Assembly: GCA_030632865.1 (NCBI GenBank)
Contig: DAOVTY010000001.1
Coordinates: forward strand, 1 to 35,473
Source of the DNA: Bacteroidota bacterium
GTDB taxonomy: Bacteria > Bacteroidota > Bacteroidia > Bacteroidales > Prolixibacteraceae
Direction: 5' to 3'
Length of the DNA: 35,473 nucleotides
This document shows, one piece after another, positions 1 through 10,713 of this stretch (its first letter is position 1; the number at the start of each line of letters is the position of its first letter). Below the pieces are notes generated by a model. That model searched no databases. It was not told where the DNA came from and worked only from the letters and a program-made list of their open reading frames with translations. The translations under genes were made by a program, and so were the position numbers.

Positions 1-128
1 AATTCTACTTTGTAGCCTTGCTTTTCAAGCCATTCTACTGCTAAAATAACAGGTTCTTTTTTTACTTTTCCGGCAGGCGAAACTATTCGGATTTTGGAGT
101 TTGGTTTTAAAAAGGAAGGAGAAATCAT
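1..128 (-). CDS. LD-carboxypeptidase (peptidase S66) family protein, 5' part only; runs off the window
   Basis: Manual translation from ATG at 128: MISPSFLKPNSKIRIVSPAGKVKKEPVILAVEWLEKQGYKVE. This resembles the S66 N-terminus pattern (P..LK....I.IVSPAG). Not in the ORF track. Confidence 0.75.
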   Translation of the reverse strand, partial: MISPSFLKPNSKIRIVSPAGKVKKEPVILAVEWLEKQGYKVE

Positions 129-170
129 ACACTTAATTTTGATGGAGGGAAGTTACAAAAACTGGCGAAA

Positions 171-824
171 TCAACTGATTAATAATTCAAAAAGTTCTTC
201 CACACTCTCGGCCCAATAATCGGGTTCTGCTTTTTGCAAATCGGGTTCTTTGCCAAACCCATATTTTAAAGCAATTGTAGAAAGTCCATTCTCTTTTCCA
301 CCAACAATATCGTAAACGGTATCACCAACCATTACAATTTCTTTTGATTGTACAAGTTGTTGAGATTCCAGCAAATTGGAAATTATTATTGTTTTAATTG
401 CTTTTTTACCACTGTAATCTGCCCCGTTTAACTGAATTATATATTTATCTAATTCGAAATATTCAATAATTTTTTTTGCAAATGTTTCATACTTAGCTGT
501 GGCTATATACATCTTTACAACTGCCTGTTCTAACACTTCCAACATTTCAATAACTCTGGTATAAAGTAAATTTTCTCTCCAACCATTTTCTCTGTAATAT
601 TCACGAAAATACTCAATAGCCATTTCTATCTCTTTTTCATCCATGTTAAACACATTTTTAAATCCCATTTGCAACGGCGGCCCAATAAACTGGTCTAAAA
701 CATCATCAGAATAACCATCAATTTGCATCTGTTTTAATGCGTGTTTAATAGAATTAGAAATGCCCAGTGCATTATCTGTAAGCGTTCCGTCAAGATCAAA
801 AATAACGTGTGAAAATTTTGACAT
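171..824 (-). CDS. HAD-family hydrolase (phosphoglycolate phosphatase/5'-nucleotidase-like)
   Basis: Motif I FDLDGT and motif IV GDTVYD. Start moved to ATG 824 (MSKFSHV) because the track start at 842 overlaps a TAACTTTG promoter element. Confidence 0.85.
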   Translation of the reverse strand: MSKFSHVIFDLDGTLTDNALGISNSIKHALKQMQIDGYSDDVLDQFIGPPLQMGFKNVFNMDEKEIEMAIEYFREYYRENGWRENLLYTRVIEMLEVLEQAVVKMYIATAKYETFAKKIIEYFELDKYIIQLNGADYSGKKAIKTIIISNLLESQQLVQSKEIVMVGDTVYDIVGGKENGLSTIALKYGFGKEPDLQKAEPDYWAESVEELFELLIS

Positions 825-839
825 AATTTTAATTTTATA

Positions 840-847
840 CAAAGTTA
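840..847 (-). promoter_or_regulatory. Bacteroidota -7 element TAACTTTG for the HAD gene
   Basis: Plus-strand caaagtta reads TAACTTTG on the minus strand and matches TAnnTTTG. Confidence 0.6.
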
Positions 848-885
848 ATCCAATTTATTTTTCGACCACATTCTAATTTTTAAAC

Positions 886-893
886 TATCTTTG
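886..893 (+). promoter_or_regulatory. Bacteroidota -7 element TATCTTTG(CA) for metG
   Basis: Exact TAnnTTTG about 42 nt upstream of the metG ATG; divergent from the HAD promoter. Confidence 0.7.
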
Positions 894-935
894 CACTCCT
901 AAAATCGATTATCAAAAACGTCAATATTATTCAGA

Positions 936-2969
936 ATGAACAAGTTCAAACGTACACTTATAACAACTGCACTTCCTTATGCAAATGGCCCTATTCATAT
1001 TGGGCACCTTGCCGGAGTTTATGTGCCAGCCGATATTTATGCCCGTTACCTTCGGTTAAAAAACGAGGAAGTTTTATTGATTGGCGGCTCCGACGAACAC
1101 GGTGTTCCAATTACATTAAAAGCTAAAAACGAAGGAATTACGCCGCAAGATGTAGTTGATAAATTCCATGGAATAATAAAAAAATCATTTCAGGAGTTTG
1201 GTATTTCATTCGATGTTTATTCGCGTACAAGTGCCGACATTCACCACGAAACAGCTTCCGATTTTTTTAAAAAATTATACGACGATGGTAAGTTCATCGA
1301 AAAAACATCGGAACAATATTACGACGAAGAGAACAAGCAATTTTTAGCCGACCGTTATATTACCGGAATTTGTCCAAAATGTGGATTCGACAAAGCATAT
1401 GGCGACCAATGCGAAAGTTGCGGAACATCGTTAAGCCCCACAGAGTTGATAAACCCAACTTCGATGATTAGCGGAAATCAACCGGTTTTAAAAGAGACGA
1501 AACATTGGTATTTACCACTCGACCAGTACGAACCGTGGCTGAAAGAATGGATTTTAGAAGGTCATAAAGAATGGAAACCAAATGTTTATGGGCAGGTAAA
1601 ATCGTGGATAGATAGTGGATTGCAGCCACGTGCGGTAACACGCGATTTGAATTGGGGCGTGCCGGTTCCAATTGAAGGAGTTGACGGGAAGGTTTTATAC
1701 GTTTGGTTCGATGCGCCTATTGGATACATTTCGGCAACAAAAGAGTTAACCGCCGATTGGGAAAAATATTGGAAAGATCCGGAAACAAGAATGTTACATT
1801 TTATTGGGAAAGACAATATTGTTTTCCACTGTATTATATTCCCTGCAATGTTAAAAGCAGAAGGGAGTTACAATTTACCCGAAAATGTGCCGGCAAACGA
1901 ATTTCTAAACCTTGAAAACGATAAAATTTCTACGTCGAGAAATTGGGCGGTTTGGTTGCATGAATATTTAGAAGATTTCCCGGGGAAAGAAGATGTTCTA
2001 AAATACGTTTTAACAGCGAATGCTCCGGAAACCAAAGACAACGATTTTACATGGAAAGATTTTCAGACCAGAAATAACAGCGAACTTGTAGCCGTGTTGG
2101 GGAATTTTGTAAACCGTGCTCTTGTTCTTACCCAAAAATATTATGAAGGCGTTGTTCCTGAACGTGGAGAACTTGCGGATTACGACAAAAAAACTTTGAC
2201 CTCGATTTCAAAAATAAAAGCTGAAGTTGAAAAAAGTATAGACAGTTTCCGTATTCGCGAATCATTAAAAAATGCAATGGATTTAGCTCGATTAGGCAAT
2301 AAATATCTTGCTGACGAAGAGCCGTGGAAAGTTATAAAAACTGATGCTGAACGTGTAAAAACAATTATGAATATCAGTTTACAAATTACGGCAAATCTTA
2401 CAATTTGTCTTGAGCCATTTCTTCCTTTCAGCATGAATAAATTACGCGATTTTTTGAATTTAGAAAAACTTGATTGGAACTTTTTAGGAGATACCGAACT
2501 ACTTAAACCGGGACACAAAACAAATAAACCGGAATTGCTTTTCGAGAAAATAGAGGATAAAGTAATTGAAGCTCAGTTACAAAAATTGCAAGCAACAAAA
2601 AAAGCCAACGAATTAACGGAAGCTGTTGCTACACCGGCAAAAGAGAATATCGAATTCGACGATTTTGGAAAAATGGATATTCGCGTTGGAACTATTATTG
2701 AAGCTGAAAAAGTTGCCAAAACCAAAAAACTATTAAAAATTTTAATAGATACAGGGATAGACAAAAGAGTAGTAGTTTCAGGAATTGCAGAATATTACAA
2801 ACCCGAAGATTTGGTTGGCAAGCAAGTTTCTGTTTTAGTAAACCTTGCAACAAAAAAATTACGTGGTATAGAATCGCAGGGAATGATTTTATGTGCTGAA
2901 AATGCCGATGGTTCTTTGTCGATTGTTGAACCAGATTCGAAAGTTAAAAATGGGTCGGAAATAAAATAA
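936..2969 (+). CDS. metG: Methionine--tRNA ligase with C-terminal tRNA-binding (Trbp111-like) domain
   Basis: [13 protein letters not shown] (HIGH motif), CPKC/CESC zinc knuckle, [15 protein letters not shown] (KMSKS equivalent) and a C-terminal OB-fold ending GIESQGMIL. Confidence 0.98.
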   Translation: MNKFKRTLITTALPYANGPIHIGHLAGVYVPADIYARYLRLKNEEVLLIGGSDEHGVPITLKAKNEGITPQDVVDKFHGIIKKSFQEFGISFDVYSRTSADIHHETASDFFKKLYDDGKFIEKTSEQYYDEENKQFLADRYITGICPKCGFDKAYGDQCESCGTSLSPTELINPTSMISGNQPVLKETKHWYLPLDQYEPWLKEWILEGHKEWKPNVYGQVKSWIDSGLQPRAVTRDLNWGVPVPIEGVDGKVLYVWFDAPIGYISATKELTADWEKYWKDPETRMLHFIGKDNIVFHCIIFPAMLKAEGSYNLPENVPANEFLNLENDKISTSRNWAVWLHEYLEDFPGKEDVLKYVLTANAPETKDNDFTWKDFQTRNNSELVAVLGNFVNRALVLTQKYYEGVVPERGELADYDKKTLTSISKIKAEVEKSIDSFRIRESLKNAMDLARLGNKYLADEEPWKVIKTDAERVKTIMNISLQITANLTICLEPFLPFSMNKLRDFLNLEKLDWNFLGDTELLKPGHKTNKPELLFEKIEDKVIEAQLQKLQATKKANELTEAVATPAKENIEFDDFGKMDIRVGTIIEAEKVAKTKKLLKILIDTGIDKRVVVSGIAEYYKPEDLVGKQVSVLVNLATKKLRGIESQGMILCAENADGSLSIVEPDSKVKNGSEIK

Positions 2970-3041
2970 GAATATCTGAAGAGATTATTTGTTTATTATA
3001 CTTTTATGCAAGTTAGATGCAATTAATAATAAAAACAAAGG

Positions 3042-3923
3042 ATGGGAAAAAAACTAACGGTTTATATGATTGATGGAACTGAATATGGACCAAGACTCAG
3101 CGAAATTGGGAACTGGGTTGGTAAAGCAATCTATAGTCCAAGATCATCTTTAAATAAAATATTATCAAGACCAGAGTGTGATAATCCAGGTATTTATTGT
3201 TTGAAGGGGGAACCGAAAGATGAAGCATTTGCTGAAAAAATATACATTGGGGAAGCAGAAAATATTAAAGTTAGACTAAAGCAACATCTTAGTGATCCAA
3301 ACAAAGATTTTAAAGAAATTATATTTTTCATCAGTAAAGATGAACTACTAACAAAGACTCAGATAAAATATCTTGAATCGAGAATGATACAGCTTGCAAT
3401 TGATGCAAAAACTGCTGAAATAGAAAATGGAAATTCACCAAATTTACCAACATTACATGAAGCAGATATTTCAGATATGGAATATTTCTTAGAACAGATT
3501 AAACTAATGCTTCCTGTTATGGGATTTAGATTTTTAATTTCATCCACATTAAAATCAGATGTTGTTGAAGAACAAAAATCTAAAATTAAAACAAAAACAA
3601 TATTTGAAATTAAAACAAAATCTTTCAAGGCAAACATGTATGAATCTGATCAGGGTTATATTATAATAAAAGGGAGCGAAGCCAAAAAAAGTTTATCTAA
3701 ATCAACAACAGAAACATATAGGAATTTAAGACGAAAACTAATTGAAACAAAAATATTAGTTGACAAAGAAGATAAACTTGAATTTACAGAAGATGCAATT
3801 TTTAACAGCCCTAGTGCTGCATCAAATATGGTTCTTGGAAGAAATTCAAATGGTTTTACAGAATGGGAAACAAAAGAAGGAAAATCATTTAAACAAATAC
3901 AAGACTTAATAAATAAATATTAG
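3042..3923 (+). CDS. GIY-YIG nuclease family protein with C-terminal DUF4357 (RAMA-like) domain
   Basis: PGIYCL...IYIGEAENIKVRLKQH with a downstream YLE; C-terminal FNSPSAASNMVLGRNSNGFTEW. Confidence 0.85.
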   Translation: MGKKLTVYMIDGTEYGPRLSEIGNWVGKAIYSPRSSLNKILSRPECDNPGIYCLKGEPKDEAFAEKIYIGEAENIKVRLKQHLSDPNKDFKEIIFFISKDELLTKTQIKYLESRMIQLAIDAKTAEIENGNSPNLPTLHEADISDMEYFLEQIKLMLPVMGFRFLISSTLKSDVVEEQKSKIKTKTIFEIKTKSFKANMYESDQGYIIIKGSEAKKSLSKSTTETYRNLRRKLIETKILVDKEDKLEFTEDAIFNSPSAASNMVLGRNSNGFTEWETKEGKSFKQIQDLINKY

Positions 3924-3949
3924 AAAAATGTGAATTTTAATAAAAATAC

Positions 3950-3976
3950 AAAGCATCAACTCTTGTTGGTGCTTTT
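3950..3976 (+). terminator. Intrinsic terminator after the GIY-YIG gene
   Basis: AAAGCATCAAC-TCTT-GTTGGTGCTTT hairpin ending in a T run. Confidence 0.7.
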
Positions 3977-4029
3977 CCGTAAGTTGCAGTACTGTGTTAA
4001 ATCAGATCGGTAACTTACTCTATATAAAT

Positions 4030-4059
4030 AAACCGCTTTTGTACGCAAGAGCGGTTTTT
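4030..4059 (+). terminator. Second intrinsic terminator-like hairpin
   Basis: AAACCGCTTTTG-TACG-CAAGAGCGGTTT followed by TT. Confidence 0.65.
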
Positions 4060-4127
4060 AATTAAATCAAAAACCTTGCTCAAATATTTCACCTAATTAA
4101 CCCTAATTTTGTATTACAGATATTGTG

Positions 4128-4135
4128 TATCTTTG
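4128..4135 (+). promoter_or_regulatory. -7 element TATCTTTG
   Basis: Exact TAnnTTTG 24 nt upstream of ATG 4160. Confidence 0.6.
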
Positions 4136-4159
4136 CCATTACATTATTTAAGTTTTAAA

Positions 4160-5278
4160 ATGAAAATATTATCGATAATTGCAATACTGTTTATTTTGAG
4201 TTTGAGTGCCACAGCTCAACAATCAGGCAAAGTTGTTAAAACAATAAAAGGGAAGGTAATTAACACTTCAACAAATGCTCCAATCTCTTATACTAACATC
4301 GGTTTAGTTGGTACTTTGCACGGAACTGCAAGCGACAGCGCTGGTAATTTTGAGCTTAAAATACCTTACGAATTGGTGACAAAAGATATCTATTTTTCTG
4401 CCGTAGGTTTTAAAAACAGGCAATTTCCTGTTAAATCGCTTTTCAACAAAGAATTTAATGTGATTAAAATTGAATCGCAATCATATGGGATTGAAGAAGT
4501 AGATATTGCTGCGCAAAATATGGTATTAATTCGGATTTTACGGATGGCTTCTGAAAATATTCCTTACAATTATATTCAGGGACCATACAATATTGTTGGA
4601 GCTTACAGCAATGAGAAAACAGTTAACGATTCAACCACAAAACAAAACGTAGAAGTATTAATTTACGATACCCAAGGTTATTCGCACCCTTCAAAAAAGG
4701 ATGCTTTTGAGTCGTTAAAATACTCAATCAAAACAGAAAAGTCTGCAATTGATTATCGTTTCTCAACAGGCAGTACAAATATTGATGAGTTATTGGAATT
4801 AGACTGGGTGCGTTCAGCTTCGTCAGTTTTAAACCCTGCTATTACAAACAAATTTAGTTTAAAAGTGACTGATGAACCGACTTTAAATGGAAAAGATTAT
4901 TGGGTGATTTCGTTTAAGCAAAATCAACCAACTTTAGCTGGTTCGGGAGATTTTTACGCAACAAGTTTTGAGGGGAAAATAACAATAAATAAAGAGGATT
5001 ATTCCGTTTTAAACATCGAAGGAAAAGTAGAATCTCAAAAACATAACCGACAGGGAAAATCTTTGGCAATTGGCAATTTAAACATCAATTATTTAGAAAA
5101 TGTTTCTTATAATTTTTCTGTGCAGTACAAAGAGCAGATGCCAATAAAAATGGAGTTAAATAAAACATACACTTTCAAAGAAAATAAAACTTCTGAGTAC
5201 TCTATTTTACAGCTTACAAATGCCAGATCTAATAATCTAACAGAATTAAATTCTCGCCAATATTTTACGTCAGAATAG
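4160..5278 (+). CDS. Exported protein with N-terminal carboxypeptidase-like regulatory (CarboxypepD_reg-like) domain
   Basis: Signal peptide MKILSIIAILFILSLSATAQQ and the pattern IKGKVIN...PISYTNI...GTASDSAGNFEL...FSAVGF. Start moved from 4109 to 4160, downstream of the promoter. Confidence 0.75.
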   Translation: MKILSIIAILFILSLSATAQQSGKVVKTIKGKVINTSTNAPISYTNIGLVGTLHGTASDSAGNFELKIPYELVTKDIYFSAVGFKNRQFPVKSLFNKEFNVIKIESQSYGIEEVDIAAQNMVLIRILRMASENIPYNYIQGPYNIVGAYSNEKTVNDSTTKQNVEVLIYDTQGYSHPSKKDAFESLKYSIKTEKSAIDYRFSTGSTNIDELLELDWVRSASSVLNPAITNKFSLKVTDEPTLNGKDYWVISFKQNQPTLAGSGDFYATSFEGKITINKEDYSVLNIEGKVESQKHNRQGKSLAIGNLNINYLENVSYNFSVQYKEQMPIKMELNKTYTFKENKTSEYSILQLTNARSNNLTELNSRQYFTSE

Positions 5279-5450
5279 AGTTTGTTAAAGTCAATTAAGA
5301 AAGTTAGAGATTAATCAAACTCTTAGTATATAAAATACTCTACATTTTACAGATAATTTAGAAATTTACTACCCACTCTTTCTGTTAGTTTTTTGTGAGA
5401 CAAATTTCACTTTATAACAAATAACCATATAATATTGAAATTCCTAAATA

Positions 5451-5480
5451 AAAAAAAGCCCTTCCAAAAGGAAGAGCTTT
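5451..5480 (-). terminator. groEL intrinsic terminator
   Basis: Hairpin AAAGCCCTTCC-AAAA-GGAAGAGCTTT with an A7 run on the left, giving a U tail on the minus strand. Confidence 0.75.
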
Positions 5481-5504
5481 CTATATATTATTAAGTGTCA
5501 ATTC

Positions 5505-7160
<1,656 letters not shown>

Positions 7161-7203
7161 CTATAATTAAATAATTATTTTATTTTTTTCGATACCCACT
7201 CTT

Positions 7204-7220
7204 ATCATATTTTGTGCCAA
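7204..7220 (-). promoter_or_regulatory. sigma54-type (-24/-12) promoter upstream of groEL
   Basis: Minus strand reads TTGGCACAAAATATGAT: TGGCAC -24 box with GG-N10-GA (non-canonical -12), about 55 nt from the ATG. Confidence 0.6.
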
Positions 7221-7599
7221 GCACATTTTTGTTTTTATTTTGAAAAAACTGGGACAAAATTGCATTATATATTTATTATTCGCAACACCAAGAGTCTTTA
7301 AATGACTGACTTAATAGAACTTAGCATTATTGGTGTTTTTTCTGACATGCTGACAGGATTAGCAAAGTTTGTAGGTGACAGTAGAAGTTGAGAGAGGATT
7401 AAAAAAAGATAACTAATGAAAAATTTTCTGGTACAAATATTGGATAAAAACGGGAGTGTCAGAAAATTGGCAAAACAAATTCGAAAAATGCACAAATCGT
7501 AACATCTGATTTAGACCCAGATACATATTTTTTGCATTCAATAATTGGAGGTGAAACATACAAACAACAACTAATAATTTATTAAAGAAGCAAAAAGCC

Positions 7600-8169
7600 A
7601 TGAAAACAAAAATCACACTAGTTTTTTTATTTATTTGCATTGCTTTAATAAGCAAAGCACAACCCCAAAAAGGGACATGGGAAGTCGGAGGATCTGGGTA
7701 CTTCAATAAATCTTACACAAAAAACAAAGAAGCTAAATTTAAAATACTAAAAATTGACGCCGAGGTTAATTATTTTATATTTAAGCATTTATCAATTGGG
7801 ACTATTGTAACCTTTCAGTCGGATAAAAACTACGATAGAGAATCCGAGCCAACAATTCGTGAACTTTTTATCGCACCAACAATCGATGCTTATTTATTAA
7901 ATCGTGATAAATTTGCAATATCAATGAAAGGTGCTTTAAATTTTATTGTTGCATCTAATCTTACCATTGAAACAAGAATACCGTCTTATATGATTGGCCC
8001 AAAGTTTTCATGGAATATAAGCCCCAATTTAAGTACATTTATTTGGCCTGCATATAGAAGATTAGAAGAATTTGATAATACGATAGGATTTCTATCAACA
8101 GTACCGAGTGACAATTTTGATATTCGCTGGGGGTTTAGTTATTTTTTTCACCGAAAAATAAAAGAATAG
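7600..8169 (+). CDS. Putative small outer-membrane beta-barrel protein
   Basis: Signal peptide ending SKAQ, then QKGTWEVGGSG, alternating beta-strand patterns and a terminal strand IRWGFSYFF. Confidence 0.7.
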   Translation: MKTKITLVFLFICIALISKAQPQKGTWEVGGSGYFNKSYTKNKEAKFKILKIDAEVNYFIFKHLSIGTIVTFQSDKNYDRESEPTIRELFIAPTIDAYLLNRDKFAISMKGALNFIVASNLTIETRIPSYMIGPKFSWNISPNLSTFIWPAYRRLEEFDNTIGFLSTVPSDNFDIRWGFSYFFHRKIKE

Positions 8170-8189
8170 AAATAGTATATTTTAGAACC

Positions 8190-8229
8190 AAAAGCCACAC
8201 TTTCATTATTTGAGGGCGTGGTTTTTTTT
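8190..8229 (+). terminator. Intrinsic terminator
   Basis: AAAAGCCACACTTTCA...TGAGGGCGTGGTTTTTTTT hairpin with a T8 tail. Confidence 0.7.
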
Positions 8230-8381
8230 CATCCATTAACCTCAATTAGCACAATAAACTAACATCCCACAAACCGAAACATTACAAAATACATTCCGTA
8301 AAATTATCTACCCAACATAGTTATCCCTGTCCTCGCTATTCTAACATAGTTTAGTAATAACACATTTTAAATTTTACAGCC

Positions 8382-9071
8382 ATGAAACGAGCAAGACAAA
8401 AATTAACACACATATGGATGTTTATTAGCGAGATACATCTGTTACCATTTAAAATAAATAATTATAAACAGATAAAATTTAATACACTCTGTTGGATTGG
8501 ATTATCCATAATCCTGCTTCTTTCTTGCGAAAAAAGAACCGACACAACCATTGTTGAAATTGAGTCTGAACTAATCGTTGATATTCCAATAACTTCAGCA
8601 ATTCTGGAAGATTCACAACTTAAATCAAGTTCATCAACAAACTACTCTTTCACCGGAACTTGTATTTTCTGCCTAAAACACAACGACGATTTAAAAAATT
8701 GTCAGAATAATATTCTCTGCGTTAAATCTGGTAGCGGCGCATTATTATCCTTAACCGGAATTAACGAAGGAGATGAAATTAATACTCTGTTTTTAGAGTG
8801 GGGATATCAAAAAGAGCTAGGTGGCGATTATGATATGCAAAACCCTATTGATTTATTATCCACTGGAAACACTCTAAAAAACGGAAATTTTGATGTGAAC
8901 TTAGACGAAGTTGTGTTTCCTCTTATAAATGGTCTCAGCGATTATCCAGGCTGCTCTTTTATGGTAAATATAATGGGTAACTCAAATTTTAAAATTTCTA
9001 CTTCAGCAAGATTAAAGATACCAATTGTTGTAGAAACAAAATCGTATACCCCTCGTTTTACAGTGTTTTAG
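8382..9071 (+). CDS. Hypothetical lipoprotein, Cys-rich
   Basis: Hydrophobic stretch with lipobox IILLLSC-EK; several further Cys residues; no family recognised; start codon uncertain. Confidence 0.6.
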   Translation: MKRARQKLTHIWMFISEIHLLPFKINNYKQIKFNTLCWIGLSIILLLSCEKRTDTTIVEIESELIVDIPITSAILEDSQLKSSSSTNYSFTGTCIFCLKHNDDLKNCQNNILCVKSGSGALLSLTGINEGDEINTLFLEWGYQKELGGDYDMQNPIDLLSTGNTLKNGNFDVNLDEVVFPLINGLSDYPGCSFMVNIMGNSNFKISTSARLKIPIVVETKSYTPRFTVF

Positions 9072-9160
9072 TTGAGTTGAGTCAGTATTAGCCTAACTTT
9101 AAGTGAGACCATTACCGAGTAAAACGTGTGAGGTTATGACTTGTCGGATTCACCAAAACT

Positions 9161-9194
9161 AAAAAAGCCATTCGAAATTAATCGAATGGCTTTT
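9161..9194. terminator. Bidirectional intrinsic terminator between the lipoprotein gene and secG
   Basis: 13-bp perfect inverted repeat AAAAGCCATTCGA/TCGAATGGCTTTT with A and T runs on both sides. Confidence 0.85.
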
Positions 9195-9212
9195 AATATA
9201 TCGTAGTTTTTT

Positions 9213-9578
9213 TTATTCGTTGCCTTCGTCTGTTGCCGATGGATTTATTGGTTGTTCTTCAGCCGGAGCAGTAGTTGGAAAACTGGGAACCTGAGTTGGA
9301 TCGATTGCAGTTTCTATTTGCTGCTGTACTTTTGATTGGCTGCCCTCTGCAACACCACGCTGGATAAATGCAGAACCTAACACTGACAATACCAACAATG
9401 AGGCTGCCAACACCCAAGTTGCTTTTTCCAAGAAATCGGCAGTTTTACGAACTCCCATTACCTGACCTGATGATTGGAAATTACTTGCCAAACCTCCACC
9501 TTTTGAATTTTGCACCAAAACAATTAGTACTAAAAGGATACAAACTATAAGTATTAAAACGGTTATTAATGCGTACAT
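9213..9578 (-). CDS. secG: Preprotein translocase subunit SecG
   Basis: Two TM helices, VLVQNSKGGGLASNF and LEKATW. Confidence 0.93.
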   Translation of the reverse strand: MYALITVLILIVCILLVLIVLVQNSKGGGLASNFQSSGQVMGVRKTADFLEKATWVLAASLLVLSVLGSAFIQRGVAEGSQSKVQQQIETAIDPTQVPSFPTTAPAEEQPINPSATDEGNE

Positions 9579-9588
9579 TATTTTCTGA

Positions 9589-10182
9589 TTAAATGTTCTT
9601 TAACTTTTCTATTTCTTCAATTCGGGTTGCAAAGTAAACACTTTTTTCCGGATATTTCAAACTTAATTTTTTATAAGCTTCCTCTGCCTTTTTATAGTTT
9701 TTTTGTTGAAAATAAATAGAGGCTAAAGTTTCGGTAATAATCTCACCATTTTCCGTAGTCGATTTTTTTTCTACATCATTTATCTGCTCGGCAGAAATAT
9801 TTTCATTCTTATTTTGTCCGATTGCTCCTGGTTTTGCCAATAAAAATTTATCGATTAATGAATCTCCAGGTATAACATTGCTTTTATTACCTAGCTGATA
9901 ATTTTGTGAGACGACGCTCTCCACCCCCAAATCATTATGAATTTTATGAAAGTTTTTATTCAAAAACTTATAGAGCAATTTCCGATCATAAATTCTAATT
10001 GCAACTTTTTTTAAAACTGAATTAAAATTGGGCGATTTAATTTGTTTTAGATTTTTTAGATATAATAGCCACGCAACTTGAAACGAGGGATGTTCTTCGA
10101 CCATATTTTTCAGATCCTCAACAGTTTCGTTATTCAATAAAACTGGATTGGCGAGAAGTTTATTAAATTGTTCTATTTGCAT
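9589..10182 (-). CDS. Conserved hypothetical protein with C-terminal TPR-like motif
   Basis: ITETLASIYFQQKNYKKAEEAYKKLSLKYPEKSVYF; sits between the lptE-like gene and secG. Confidence 0.75.
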   Translation of the reverse strand: MQIEQFNKLLANPVLLNNETVEDLKNMVEEHPSFQVAWLLYLKNLKQIKSPNFNSVLKKVAIRIYDRKLLYKFLNKNFHKIHNDLGVESVVSQNYQLGNKSNVIPGDSLIDKFLLAKPGAIGQNKNENISAEQINDVEKKSTTENGEIITETLASIYFQQKNYKKAEEAYKKLSLKYPEKSVYFATRIEEIEKLKNI

Positions 10183-10185
10183 TTT

Positions 10186-10713
10186 TTACCAGTTGGCAAT
10201 TGTTGAGTTAAAAATATCTTCGTGCAATTTTTTTACAATATCAGGTACTAAAACACTTTCAATATCACTTAAAGTTAACGAACTATCGAAATCGTCGAAT
10301 GCCGTCAAACTCTTTTCGAAACTTTGTTCAGGATCTTTATTGTTTGTATATTTTAGTCTAACCGTAATTGTTAATCTATTTTGAGCCGCACGGTCATCTT
10401 TCTGTATCGACATTGGACGTACTTCGTAACCAGTAATTTGTCCTTCAAACTCAATATCGCCGCCATCAGCTATTTCGTTTAATGATGTTTGTCGTTGTAA
10501 TTTAGTTTTTAAATCTTCGGTAAAAGTTTGACTTAATGTTGGGTTAATCAAACGAGCTCTGTTTGGAAAATAATAAACTGTAAATGTTTTTATTTCGGGC
10601 GATAGGTTGGCTCCGGTAAACGAATAACTTATTTTGCACCCTGTTGTAAAAATTCCAATAAAAAAGATAACAGTTGCAAATAGTAAAAATTGTTGTCTCG
10701 TAAACCTATCCAT
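10186..10713 (-). CDS. lptE: LptE-family (LPS assembly) lipoprotein
   Basis: Lipobox TTGC-KISYSFTGA and C-terminal DIFNSTIANW typical of the Bacteroidota LptE-like family. Likely start is ATG 10713 (or 10722), overlapping the upstream stop codon. Confidence 0.75.
   Translation of the reverse strand: MDRFTRQQFLLFATVIFFIGIFTTGCKISYSFTGANLSPEIKTFTVYYFPNRARLINPTLSQTFTEDLKTKLQRQTSLNEIADGGDIEFEGQITGYEVRPMSIQKDDRAAQNRLTITVRLKYTNNKDPEQSFEKSLTAFDDFDSSLTLSDIESVLVPDIVKKLHEDIFNSTIANW

Noticed and set aside
1468-2764. Short alternative-frame and antisense ORFs inside metG (likewise inside groEL, lepA, fabF, rprX, deoC, the CDF gene and the Gfo gene)
   Set aside because: Shadow ORFs of well-supported genes, with no recognisable motifs.
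7298-7706. Minus-strand ORFs upstream of groEL as a possible groES
   Set aside because: No Cpn10 features (no mobile-loop GGI motif or PL.DRV-like start); they overlap regulatory DNA and the beta-barrel gene.
9072-9160. Minus-strand VLVNP peptide as a groES remnant, and a TAGTTGAGTTGAGT micro-repeat
   Set aside because: The similarity covers only about 5 residues and does not extend; consistent with chance.
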